In this document: piece by piece, positions 44,422 to 54,945 of the stretch | Position numbering within the stretch: the stretch's first letter is position 1 | How the letters are laid out: each line of letters opens with the position of its first letter | Assembly (NCBI GenBank): GCA_000165345.1 | Contig: CM000432.1 | Location: 928,001 to 992,000 of the forward strand | DNA: 64,000 nt | Reading direction: 5' to 3' | The notes under the pieces: generated by a model | Database searches by the model: none | Told to the model about the DNA's origin: nothing | The model's input: only the letters and a program-made list of their open reading frames with translations | Made by a program: the position numbers and the translations under genes

Positions 44422-44684
44422 CACGTAAGCAGGCGGTAACTGGGGGCTGACTTAAAATAATTAAATGTGACATTTTTAAACTCCAATACTAGGACAAATC
44501 TATTTTCCTGGCTAAATTAAAGCTAACTATTTTCATTTGAAGATTAAGAGTGTGGCAATAATATCTAGGTGGACTTGACTTAATGAAATGAAGAACCTTG
44601 ATTATTTAACTATTAGGCCAGAATCATTTTGAATTTTTTATGTAATATATTACGTGTATAATAAATACAAACTTATTGATTTAA

Positions 44685-45158
44685 ATGGATAAATTGGAAA
44701 TGTCAAATGAATGCAAGAGTTGTGAGAGTTACAAAAATGAAATTAACAAACTGAGGAAAGAAATTTACAATATCAGCAAATCAAATATAAATAGCCAAAG
44801 ACTTCTTGAAGAAAAATATACAATACAGGTTCAACAATTTCAAGAGGAAAATTACAAACTAAAAAAAACTGTTCAAGAATATGAAGAATATAAGCATAAG
44901 TCTGAAATATATTATGAAGAGGTTAACAATACCTTAATTGTTGCTAAATCGAAGCTTAAAGAGCTTCACGAAAGAATTACATTTCTGGAAAAGAGTAATT
45001 CCGAATTAGAATATAAATATAATGAGGCTAAGTCTCTATTGTCTATTCTAGTTGAACATAATAATTACAATTCGGAATTCTCCAGTAATAAAATACCTAT
45101 AAAGGAAAATCGATCTAATTATATTTATCAAATCGATTCCAATTCCATTTCCATTTAA
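44685..45158 (+). CDS. Hypothetical coiled-coil protein, 157 aa
   Basis: ATG confirmed. Heptad-rich K/E sequence, no recognisable domain. Preceded by E2F/GCATGC promoter elements. Confidence 0.35.
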   Translation: MDKLEMSNECKSCESYKNEINKLRKEIYNISKSNINSQRLLEEKYTIQVQQFQEENYKLKKTVQEYEEYKHKSEIYYEEVNNTLIVAKSKLKELHERITFLEKSNSELEYKYNEAKSLLSILVEHNNYNSEFSSNKIPIKENRSNYIYQIDSNSISI

Positions 45159-45685
45159 GAGAGAAAAATCATATTTTTTCTAAATCTTTCTGCTGTTAAA
45201 GTCATTATTTGCATTACTAATATATTCATAATTTATCATTTATATTATCTTTTTAGATTATATGAACTATTTTGGAACTCATAGCATTCAAGAAAAAAAA
45301 AAAAAAAGAAAAAACATTTTTATTGAGCTTATAAAACTATTCATACTCACTCCAATAATTAACTTCTGATATTTCTTTATTATATTGTTACATAATTAAA
45401 TAATCTTTAACCCTTGAGCTATTCGTTCCTATTTTTAGTATTTCACTTTTTTTTAAATTAATTTATTCTAATTATTATAGTTCTATTCATTTAAAATAAT
45501 TAACAAATAAGGAAACAAACCTTTAATTGTTTCTAATACTTCCCTTTTCATTAAAAATATTAAAATTAATTCCCTTGAATCAAATAAACCTTTACAATTC
45601 TTGAATATTGATACCTTATATTATCTTGATCATTATTATTACTGTATTAGTGAAATTAATAAATATTTTGTTTGAACTTTTTTTT

Positions 45686-48271
45686 TTAAGCTGCAATATA
45701 AAATATTGCAATTGCACCAGCAATTAATAAAAATATTATACCAACAAATGAGAAAATAAATGTTGACTGAAGATACCAAGGCTGAGTGTCTTTATAGGCA
45801 TTAATTGAATTACTTTGAAAACTTCCCATATCATCATCACTTTCTCTCATACCTTGATTTATCATTCTCTGGCCATTCTGTAATTGACCAGGATTTGGCG
45901 CCATAGGGAACATTGGTATACCATATTGTGGTTTCTGGCCTGACATATTATTATTTGCATGCGATAAATATTGGCCTTGCATGTGGGAGTTTACGCGCCC
46001 ATTTTGTAATTGGTTTGCATTTATATACTTGGGTTTATGAATAATATCTTTATATATATATTTAACATTTCTCTTATTATTGTTTTGTTTAGATTTTTTA
46101 TGAACACGAATTAACTTAATATAATCATCATTATCATCGTCATCACTACTATCGTCACTATCATCATTATTGTCATCATTATCGCTTTCCTCTATTTCAG
46201 ATTCTTCGCCTTTAGGGTTAGATACCTTTGATTTCTTTTTTGTAATAATATCAGATTCTAGTATATTATTTGAAGCTTTTCTTGGAGTTCTATTCTTAAT
46301 GAAAATAGGAATTATCCTTTTTCGTGGAGTTTTTCTCTTAACATTTGGTCCATATCTTAATGATGGATCTTTAATTAATAAGAAAGGTTCATTTCTTCTT
46401 AATTTTGTATTGTTTGAAATGATGTTTGCTGCATTAGTTTGATGTGAAGAAGTTCGTTTAGGTTTTGCTTTTGTTAATGCTTGTAATATAATTGTTTTTG
46501 GTTGTGGCTTAGGTACTGTTTGCGCTTTAATTGGTCTTGTCTTTCTTACAGGTACTGTATATAGCATGAGGGTGTTTGGTTGTGTTACAGGTTGAACCAT
46601 AGTTTGTCTTGGCTGTGGTACAGGTACAGTTATAGGTTGAACCATAGTTTGTCTTGGTTGTGGCACAGGTACAGGTACGGGTACAGGTTGAGCCATAATT
46701 TGTCTTTGCTGTGGTATAGGCATAGGCATAGGCATAGGCATAGGCATAGGTACAGGTACAGGTTGAACCATAGCTGGTTTTGGTTGTGGTACTGGTACAG
46801 CTTGAGTCATAACTGGTTTTGGTTTTGGTTTAGGCTGTGTTATAGGTACTGTTTGTATTAAAATTGTTTTTGGTTGTTGTTTAGGTGCTGTTTGAGTTAC
46901 TATTTGTTTCGGTTTAGGTTTAGGTTTTGGCTGTGTTATAGGTACTGTTTGTAATATAACTGTTTTTGGTTGTGACTTAGGCACTGATTTTATAACATTT
47001 TGTTTTGGTTTTAGTTTCGGTTTCGGCTTTGGTTGTGTTATAGGTACTGTTTGTATTAAAATTGTTTTTGGTTGTTGTTTAGGTGCTGTTTGAGTTACTG
47101 TTTGTTTCGGTTTTGGTTTTGGTTTTGGTTTTGTTATAGGTACTGTTTGTATTAAAATTGTTTTTGGTTGTTGTTTAGGTGCTGTTTGAGTTACTATTTG
47201 TTTTGGTTTTGGTTTAGGTTTTGGCTGTGTTATAGGTACTGTTTGTAATATAACTGTTTTTGGTTGTGACTTAGGCATTGATTTTATAACATTTTGATTT
47301 TGAATTTGATTTGTAGAAAGTGATCTTTGATTAACAAAACCAACATTATTAATAGCAATCCCACCAGATTGTTGAATATTATTCATTTTCATTGTTGGTT
47401 TTGGATGAATTACATTCTGATTTGCAGAAAATGCTGAATTTGTACCAAAAGGTAAATTGTAGATATCAGGTTGAGATATCCCAGTACCTCCAGGATAATA
47501 AAAAGTAGGTAAGTTGTCTTTATTATTAACATTTGTTTTAGTATTAGAATAATTATTTAATCCAGTCTTTGGTTCATTTAAATTATTAAATATCAATTTT
47601 GGACCATTATTAACCATTTTTTGATTAGAATTATTTATTGACATATTCTTTTTCTCTTGATTTAAATTATTATTCTTTTTTATATCAAAATCGTCATCAT
47701 CATCATCATCTTCTTCTTCTTCACTTTCTCTACTGGAATAATCAAATTCTTTTATTTTCTTCATTTTATCTTTAATAACTTTATCTGCTGTTGCTGAATC
47801 TACTTCAGAATCATTACTATTTTCATCACGGCCAAAAGTAGGTCCTAAACTTTGAGATAAAAATCCTAGTTTATTGGCTGAATCTTCTGATACAGATGAA
47901 TCATCTTTTTCAAAATTCTCTCCACCAAAACTACCACTAGTACTTTTTTCTGAATCATCAAAATTTTCTGATTCAGTTAATGTGCTCTTTATTGATCCAT
48001 CCATCGTTGATAACTCTTTATTTTTATCACCAAATCCATTTCCTGATTCAACTTTTGCTTTTCCTATTGTATTTTTTAACAATTCCAATCCAAGTTCAAG
48101 ACTTTCTGAGCCTTCACTTTTATTTTTTTCAAATTCTGAATCACATTTTACTAATTTTATACCGATTCCAAAATTATCTCCATTAATAAATGATAAATCC
48201 AAACTCAATATCAGGAAATACAATGATAGTACCAATATTAATAGTGATTTACCTATTTTCCCAACCCTCAT
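45686..48271 (-). CDS. Secreted/type-I membrane, repeat-rich Pro/Lys/Thr/Gln mucin-like surface glycoprotein, 861 aa
   Basis: N-terminal signal peptide (LLILVLSLYFLILSLDLSF). Central tandem repeats of about 30 and 62 aa (KTILIQTVPITQPKPKPKPKQIVTQTAPKQQP, repeated several times), (PM)6 and (PV)n runs. Acidic blocks EEEDDDDDDDFD and DNDDNNDDSDDSSDDDDNDD. C-terminal TM FIFSFVGIIFLLIAGAIAIFYIAA. Confidence 0.7.
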   Translation of the reverse strand: MRVGKIGKSLLILVLSLYFLILSLDLSFINGDNFGIGIKLVKCDSEFEKNKSEGSESLELGLELLKNTIGKAKVESGNGFGDKNKELSTMDGSIKSTLTESENFDDSEKSTSGSFGGENFEKDDSSVSEDSANKLGFLSQSLGPTFGRDENSNDSEVDSATADKVIKDKMKKIKEFDYSSRESEEEEDDDDDDDFDIKKNNNLNQEKKNMSINNSNQKMVNNGPKLIFNNLNEPKTGLNNYSNTKTNVNNKDNLPTFYYPGGTGISQPDIYNLPFGTNSAFSANQNVIHPKPTMKMNNIQQSGGIAINNVGFVNQRSLSTNQIQNQNVIKSMPKSQPKTVILQTVPITQPKPKPKPKQIVTQTAPKQQPKTILIQTVPITKPKPKPKPKQTVTQTAPKQQPKTILIQTVPITQPKPKPKLKPKQNVIKSVPKSQPKTVILQTVPITQPKPKPKPKQIVTQTAPKQQPKTILIQTVPITQPKPKPKPVMTQAVPVPQPKPAMVQPVPVPMPMPMPMPMPIPQQRQIMAQPVPVPVPVPQPRQTMVQPITVPVPQPRQTMVQPVTQPNTLMLYTVPVRKTRPIKAQTVPKPQPKTIILQALTKAKPKRTSSHQTNAANIISNNTKLRRNEPFLLIKDPSLRYGPNVKRKTPRKRIIPIFIKNRTPRKASNNILESDIITKKKSKVSNPKGEESEIEESDNDDNNDDSDDSSDDDDNDDYIKLIRVHKKSKQNNNKRNVKYIYKDIIHKPKYINANQLQNGRVNSHMQGQYLSHANNNMSGQKPQYGIPMFPMAPNPGQLQNGQRMINQGMRESDDDMGSFQSNSINAYKDTQPWYLQSTFIFSFVGIIFLLIAGAIAIFYIAA
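46560..47290 (-). repeat. In-frame coding tandem repeats (about 96-nt and 186-nt units) of the mucin-like gene, including a (GGCATA)6 hexanucleotide run at about 46716..46752
   Basis: Near-identical nucleotide blocks (ggttgtgttataggtactgtttgtattaaaattgtttttggttgttgtttaggtgctgtttgagttact...) recur several times. ggcataggcataggcata... encodes PMPMPMPMPMP on the minus strand. Confidence 0.75.
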
Positions 48272-48956
48272 ATTGGGAATATCTCCTCTTTTTAATACTT
48301 TTTCTGATTTACTTTCTTCAAATTTTTGTTAATTGGTCAACGGTTAAGTAAAAATCTCAAGCTTGATGATTATCTAACAGTCTTATACTGACAAAATATT
48401 AAATAACAATTTTCAATGCTCAATTTCTCGGTATTATTATTTAAAAAATTTTTCCTTATATATATATTTTTTTTTTTAATCACGAATTTTTCATTCCAAT
48501 ATTTACAGAGATCTAAAATTTTGGCGCTCTTATTTATAACTTATTTCCTTCAATTTATTCTTTATTTTTTGCATTTTTACGAGGATTATGTCAAAGTATA
48601 ACTTAATAATTTTTTTTTTTTTTTTTTTTTTTTAAATAATTTTTTTTTAAAAGTTCGTTGTTTCCCATCAATTTATCCGTAATTAATTACATTATGTAAA
48701 TCATATTGATTAAACCATTAATATGATTAATTGTCAATATAATAAGTAACTATTGAATTATTAAGTAATTTGTTAACATAAATTTTTCTTTTTAATATTT
48801 AATAATTTGAGATATGTCTTCAATAAATAAATCTTTAAGAAGAAAGTGGCATTANNNNTNGTTCATAACTGTAACTATTTTTAACATTTTAGTAAAAATC
48901 TGCAATAATTTTTTCTTTTCAAATCTTTTTTATTTATCATAAATTCGATACTTTAG

Positions 48957-48968
48957 TTGGCGCCAAAC
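48957..48968. promoter_or_regulatory. E2F palindrome TTGGCGCCAAAC about 115 bp upstream of the ATG at 49086; also TTTTGGCGC at about 48518
   Basis: Read directly in the divergent intergenic region between the mucin-like gene (-) and 49086 (+). T27 homopolymer at 48605..48633. Confidence 0.45.
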
Positions 48969-49085
48969 CATTTACTTTATTTTCTTTGTACACACATTTA
49001 TTTAAAAAAAAAGTTAATTTCTTATGATTCTCAATCAATATATTATAGATAAATTACTGAATTTATGATATCAAAAAATAATTAA

Positions 49086-51740
49086 ATGAAAGACCACGGA
49101 GAAAGTATTAAAGATGAACTTCAAGCATATTATGGGGATGAAATATTAGCAAATAATACTGAATTAATTACCAACAATGTTACTGGAAGTGATGAAATTG
49201 AGGACGATCGTATTTTAAACATAGATTTTTCCCAGAAAGATATCGATGTTGATAAGATTTTTAATGATATTTTAGAAACAAAAACAATTAAGGAATTGTT
49301 TTTGATTAGAAAAGAATTAAATAAAATGATTCAAAATTACCAAGCTGAGATGCAAAAGTTTATTCATTCCAATTATAAAAAGCTCAAGTTTATTTCAAAT
49401 ATTCTTGATAAAAATATTCTTTGTAGTAATCATACCAATTGTAATGACCTATCAGATTTAAATTCAAATAAAATTATTAATTTTGTTGAAAATAACAAAA
49501 ATCTTGTGAATGAANAGTTTCAAGAAATTAAAAATAATATTTTCACCAATGAAAATAATAAAAACCTTGAAAAGTATTTGACCCAGTATCAACTATTTAC
49601 AATAGTTTCTGAACTAAGGAATTTCCATTTAATTCTTGAAGATTATTTCTCTATGCAAGATTATGAATCATTAATTAAAATGTATAATAAATGGAAAAAA
49701 CCACTTGAAATACTTTCTAACGATGATGATTTTAAAATAGAATTCCAAGAAATATTAAGAAATAGCAATGAAATTTTTGAAAAAACGATAAATACTTTAA
49801 AAAAGCAAATACTTGTAAATATTAATAAGAATTCAATATTACCAAGTATTAGTATTATCATTAAATCATATATTTCATTAAATAGTGAACAAATTGATTT
49901 TACCAATGATTTGATTTCAAATATTAATAATTTATTTCAAGATATTGTTAATGAAATTGTTATTAAACAACTTGAAAATTTAGAAGGTTCCAAAGTTGAT
50001 GATAAAGTTAAAATATTTTCAAACACTTGTAAACAATCATATCAAGAAATATTTATCCCTCTTAATTTCATAATATCAGAATTGAATAAAGATGAAATTG
50101 ATCCAATAATACCATCTTCCATTTTAAAAAACTTGTTTGAAGTTTCATTCATAAAAATTATTGAATTACTTGGACATATATTTAATTATGAGAAAAAGAA
50201 TCCAAAATTTGAACTAAATATGCAACCAATTTTACAAGGATTTGAATATCTCAACCAGTCAATTAAGGAACTTTTAAAAACTTTATCATTAACAAACTTC
50301 CATAAACATCCATCTTTTTCTTCAGACAAATTTAAATATATTGTAATAAATACCAAAAATAACTTTGAAAATAATAATATTGAAGTTGATGATGAATATT
50401 ATGATAGCAATGATAATATTATTAAGAGAAAATTCATTGAATGGAAAAAATATATTTTAAGTGATTTTCTCAAATTTGAAAATTTTGATTTGAGTATTAA
50501 AGAAATTTGGAATAATTTATTTGATCTTGTAATTAATTTGCAGAATACTGATATTGAGACTTTATTTATTGAAATCAATAAACAATTATTTAACAAATTG
50601 ATTAATGATGAATTATATAATATTATTAAGAACTATAAGGAATTAATTAATATAGACTTTGAAATTTGTGAAAACCTTGTGAGAAAAGTGATCAAAGATT
50701 TTTTTCAATCAATTATTTCAAATTCAATATTATATATTAATTCAGTATTTTTTAATAATATTAAAAATAGTGATCTTAATTTTAATTCCATTGAAAATTT
50801 TGATCAATTGATAGAAAAGATGAATCTTGAGCTTGAATATAGTCTGAATGGTAATAATATTTTTGACTTAAATAACCAAGATTGGATTGTTGAAAAATTT
50901 TCACTTGTTAATTATAAACAAAAAGCCATTTACTTTTTATCTATTATTATCTTAACAAGATATTTAAGAGATAATGCTCTTCCAGCATGCATTTCATACT
51001 TTTACAAATGTTTTTATGATGATAAAAGTGCAATTAAAAATTCAATAGATAGTATTGAATTTCTGGATTTATTTAATTCTGATAAAATTAAATATGAATC
51101 GCCAACAAACCTCAAAAATAATAGCTTTTACGAAGATGATGCCACCATGCAAATTGTAAGAATATTATATAATCGATTTGAAATCTTGTTTCTTAATATT
51201 TTCGTAATTTGGAATGTTCATGCCATAATACAAGAAATTTATGATCAGAATGATCTTAAAAGTGGGGAAAAAATACATATTGGCAAATTCATCGATTTTA
51301 TGCATTTAAACTTAATAAAGTTATTCAAATTTTGTAATATTTTATTCCAACCTCAATTTCAAAATTCCAATTATGTTAGAAAATCAGCAATTTCTGAACT
51401 TCAATTTCCAATTAAAAATTCTGAAAAGTCACAAATTTTTGCAAAGTGGTCCAATAATTATTATATTCTCAAAAATTTCGATCTTGATTGTACAAAAATT
51501 GTTTTCAATAAACCTATTTCATTCTGGTTTTCCCAAATTCTCCATGGGATCATCATCGAGACTATTTTCATTATCAAAAATAATAACTTTATAATAATTG
51601 AAGATGCTGATTCTTATGAAAAATCATTATCAAAATTCTGGAATAATATTAAAAATTATTTTGAATATGATATTGATTTTAATATAACCCATGCTTTATT
51701 TTGTCAGCTTTATAACACATTACTATTGCTAAATTTTTAA
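49086..51740 (+). CDS. Large hypothetical N/I/K-rich protein with an N-terminal Vps51/Dor1(COG8)/exocyst-type tethering-complex domain (tentative)
   Basis: ATG confirmed. IDVDKIFNDILETKTIKELFLIRKELNKMIQNYQAEMQKFIHSNYKKLKFISNIL fits the Vps51/Vps67-Dor1 N-terminal consensus (FD.D.Y...LL....L.EL......L..EI..LD.E.Q.LVYENY.KFI.AT). The remaining ~800 aa are not recognised. One ambiguous base at 49515. Confidence 0.4.
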   Translation: MKDHGESIKDELQAYYGDEILANNTELITNNVTGSDEIEDDRILNIDFSQKDIDVDKIFNDILETKTIKELFLIRKELNKMIQNYQAEMQKFIHSNYKKLKFISNILDKNILCSNHTNCNDLSDLNSNKIINFVENNKNLVNEXFQEIKNNIFTNENNKNLEKYLTQYQLFTIVSELRNFHLILEDYFSMQDYESLIKMYNKWKKPLEILSNDDDFKIEFQEILRNSNEIFEKTINTLKKQILVNINKNSILPSISIIIKSYISLNSEQIDFTNDLISNINNLFQDIVNEIVIKQLENLEGSKVDDKVKIFSNTCKQSYQEIFIPLNFIISELNKDEIDPIIPSSILKNLFEVSFIKIIELLGHIFNYEKKNPKFELNMQPILQGFEYLNQSIKELLKTLSLTNFHKHPSFSSDKFKYIVINTKNNFENNNIEVDDEYYDSNDNIIKRKFIEWKKYILSDFLKFENFDLSIKEIWNNLFDLVINLQNTDIETLFIEINKQLFNKLINDELYNIIKNYKELINIDFEICENLVRKVIKDFFQSIISNSILYINSVFFNNIKNSDLNFNSIENFDQLIEKMNLELEYSLNGNNIFDLNNQDWIVEKFSLVNYKQKAIYFLSIIILTRYLRDNALPACISYFYKCFYDDKSAIKNSIDSIEFLDLFNSDKIKYESPTNLKNNSFYEDDATMQIVRILYNRFEILFLNIFVIWNVHAIIQEIYDQNDLKSGEKIHIGKFIDFMHLNLIKLFKFCNILFQPQFQNSNYVRKSAISELQFPIKNSEKSQIFAKWSNNYYILKNFDLDCTKIVFNKPISFWFSQILHGIIIETIFIIKNNNFIIIEDADSYEKSLSKFWNNIKNYFEYDIDFNITHALFCQLYNTLLLLNF

Positions 51741-51990
51741 TTTAAAAACTAATTAATTTTATCTTTATCATAATATTTATATTATTATTTAATTCATTTT
51801 TTTTCAAATTAACATGTATAAAACACTAAGTCACACATTACCGGTATTACATGTATTTTTTTTTTGTTGCATGCATTTCCACATAAATCAAGACACGTGT
51901 AGTAATAATAATTTTTCCACAATGTTATTATAATAAATAAAAAGAAATATTAATTTATATATATAAACATTTTTTTCACTAATACAATAA

Positions 51991-53733
51991 CTAATTTTGT
52001 AACAAATAATAATAATATGATTCGTAAGTATCAATATCACTAACTATATAATACCAATCATGAAGGTTTTTAATTATATTTCTAAGAATAATCATCTCAG
52101 CTTCTCTAACTTTAATTATCGGAAGTTGATGGATACTTTTATGTCCAAAATGATTTATAATATTGGCTGTAGATGATCTTAACTTATCTATCTTACTTTG
52201 AATTAATGAAATACCAATAGAAGCTGCATCTATTTCAATTTTTCTTTCTAATGGCTTTAATATTTGATATGGATCAATATTCAACAAAGTTTGTATTTCT
52301 GAATTATGCTTGATGTATGATAATAATTTTAAACAAAATGTGAACTTGTTATTAATAGCATTATTTTCTTCAAAATGAAAATTGTGTATTGTTCCTAAAG
52401 AACAATCGAATTTTTTAAGTAATATATTTGTTATATTACTATTAATTGATATATCTGATGATAAAGTACTATTTGAATATAAATGCCTAATTGATATCTT
52501 TTGATGATTGTCAAAAGATTCTTGACTATTATTCATCAAAATATTTTCTGGGAAAATTATTGGAAGGATCATTTTATGAGAATTCAATAACCACTGTCCT
52601 CTACTTATAAATATCTCTGAATCTGTCAAACTTTTATCATCTTTGTAAAGTATCTCCTCCCCTTTAAATATATTTTTCTTTGAAACTAGTTTAATTACCT
52701 GACTTATACTAGTATTATTCCCAAATCTTTCACCTTCAAAATTCTCGGTATTATTATTTACACCTTGATTTCTCGTATATTTCTCCAAAACTATTTCAAA
52801 ATTTGATTCTTTATCAGTTTTTCTAATAAATATTAGTGATGGAATAAAAGCAAGGCCACCATCAATTTCTATTGAATATGATCTGACTATCATATATGCC
52901 CATTGTATATCATATTGAGTTATTGGAGGGCCATTCAAATAATCTACAGACTGGGGAATTCCGAATTCACGTTTAATTATTGATGAATAAATATAGGAAG
53001 TCGCTAATTTGCAATGCTTCTCAATTGATTCATAAATACCTTCCATACTTGTTCCATATGATGCTACATCAAAATCTTTTCTATTCATTGAAAAGATTCC
53101 ATTATTCTTAAACCATTTTACTGATGGTAAAATTCTTATTATTGAATAAAAAGGGGATTCTGATGCAATTCTTTTATGTTTTAATAGCAATACCATTAGT
53201 CCAACTGTATCATCTATTACTCCCTTTTCTATATCCTTCATTATTCTTCTTTGAAGGCTTGTGTTTTTATGCTCATCTCTTGTAAATAAAATTAAATCAG
53301 AATTTAATTCTGAAATAGTTGAATTCTTTAAAATATGTTTAATAGTTATAACACTAATACCATTATTCTTTTGAGAAAGAGATATACGTTTCGTTTTTAA
53401 AATATCTGAAGTTTGAAATATGTTATTTACATTTTTAAATGTAAATTCACCTTCCAAAGGCTTTTTATCCAATGTAATATTTGTTATATTATCAAATAAA
53501 GTTAGTGCTCCAAATCTTCTAAATATAAAATCAATAATAATTATTCCCACTAATGCCAATAATAATAGGTAGGTAAAGCTTTTCTTAAATGTATTTGTAT
53601 TTGTTATTATAACATTTCTTCCACGACTACTATTGGAATGATAAGTATGACTTATTACTGGAAATGTTTTACTTCTTCTATGAGAATTTAATTCAGAATT
53701 TCTTACTTTTACTTTATCAAAAGTATTCAACAT
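51991..53733 (-). CDS. Membrane-anchored SET-domain-like protein (Rubisco-LSMT/SETD6 class, possibly degenerate)
   Basis: ATG confirmed. N-terminal TM FTYLLLLALVGIIIIDFIF. DIQWAYMIVRSYSIEIDGGLAFIPSLIF resembles LSMT-class WAFGIVRSRAF...ALVPLADLLNHS. KGEEILYKD...SEIFISRGQW resembles GEEVFISYG. Key NH residues are not evident. Confidence 0.4.
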   Translation of the reverse strand: MLNTFDKVKVRNSELNSHRRSKTFPVISHTYHSNSSRGRNVIITNTNTFKKSFTYLLLLALVGIIIIDFIFRRFGALTLFDNITNITLDKKPLEGEFTFKNVNNIFQTSDILKTKRISLSQKNNGISVITIKHILKNSTISELNSDLILFTRDEHKNTSLQRRIMKDIEKGVIDDTVGLMVLLLKHKRIASESPFYSIIRILPSVKWFKNNGIFSMNRKDFDVASYGTSMEGIYESIEKHCKLATSYIYSSIIKREFGIPQSVDYLNGPPITQYDIQWAYMIVRSYSIEIDGGLAFIPSLIFIRKTDKESNFEIVLEKYTRNQGVNNNTENFEGERFGNNTSISQVIKLVSKKNIFKGEEILYKDDKSLTDSEIFISRGQWLLNSHKMILPIIFPENILMNNSQESFDNHQKISIRHLYSNSTLSSDISINSNITNILLKKFDCSLGTIHNFHFEENNAINNKFTFCLKLLSYIKHNSEIQTLLNIDPYQILKPLERKIEIDAASIGISLIQSKIDKLRSSTANIINHFGHKSIHQLPIIKVREAEMIILRNIIKNLHDWYYIVSDIDTYESYYYYLLQN

Positions 53734-54077
53734 TTATTTCATAGGCCCCTACTTAAATTGAGGATGTGTTTAAATAAAACTTCAAGATCTTTTTTTTTCG
53801 CCAAGCAATTTCTAATATAAATATATATAAATATATAGGTGCAGATTTACCACAAAAGGTCTAGTATTTCCAATTTTAATGGGTGTTATTGGTAGAAGAA
53901 AAAAATGATTCTTAATTTTCGATCGCCTTTAATATATATAAATAAATTTGAATTTTGGAATTACTAATTATAACAGAGCCCGCCCAAGTTAATATTTTTT
54001 TAAATGCATGAAATTATGATAATTTAAAATTAAGATAAAAAAAATCGAAGAACTTTATATAATATCACGTAAGGTAG

Positions 54078-54554
<477 letters not shown>

Positions 54555-54852
54555 TAAAGTTCAAGCCATTGCTTTCTTTAGTTAGTTTTATTCTTAGATT
54601 TTTCTTGGTAAAGGTTTCTATATTTTACAAGTATTTTACTTAATTTTGAATTTTTGCATTTTATGTAAACTTCTTTCTTTTACTAAAAATATGTCAGAGA
54701 ATTCATATTAATATAACAATAGATAAACTTGCTGAACTTTATTTTAAGCCATTTATATCCATTTTTTTAATTCACTCGCTCTAGCATAATTTTCCCTGCA
54801 TGCACCTTATAATATTAAAATTTTTATTTTAGTTAAAAATGACGTGGAGGGG

Positions 54853-54867
54853 GATTTGGCGGCAAAA
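54853..54867. promoter_or_regulatory. E2F-type site GATTTGGCGGCAAAA just upstream of the Vps-like gene; GCATGC at about 54797
   Basis: Read directly. Lies inside the ORF-track extension 54844..54945, which starts with GTG, so the extension is probably 5'UTR or promoter. Confidence 0.4.
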
Positions 54868-54945
54868 AATGTGCATATTAAATTGTGGGAAGAAGTTAAG
54901 GAAATTAATTCAGTAATATTAGTAAAAGAAATTTTTCAGAGCTCT

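Noticed and set aside
45686-48271. Apparent one-base discrepancy between line-label counting and the ORF-track coordinates of the mucin-like gene start codon
   Set aside because: Flanking ORFs check out against the labels, so I treat this as my own counting slip and keep the ORF-track coordinates. It is a reminder that label-derived coordinates (splice sites, motifs) may be off by 1-2 nt.
46170-48332. Plus-strand ORFs antisense to the mucin-like gene (46170..46442, 46580..46861 RHRHRH..., 47874..48332, 47980..48186)
   Set aside because: Mirror images of the coding repeats and acidic blocks. Some start on TTG. The minus-strand gene has a signal peptide, a TM and a coherent repeat structure.
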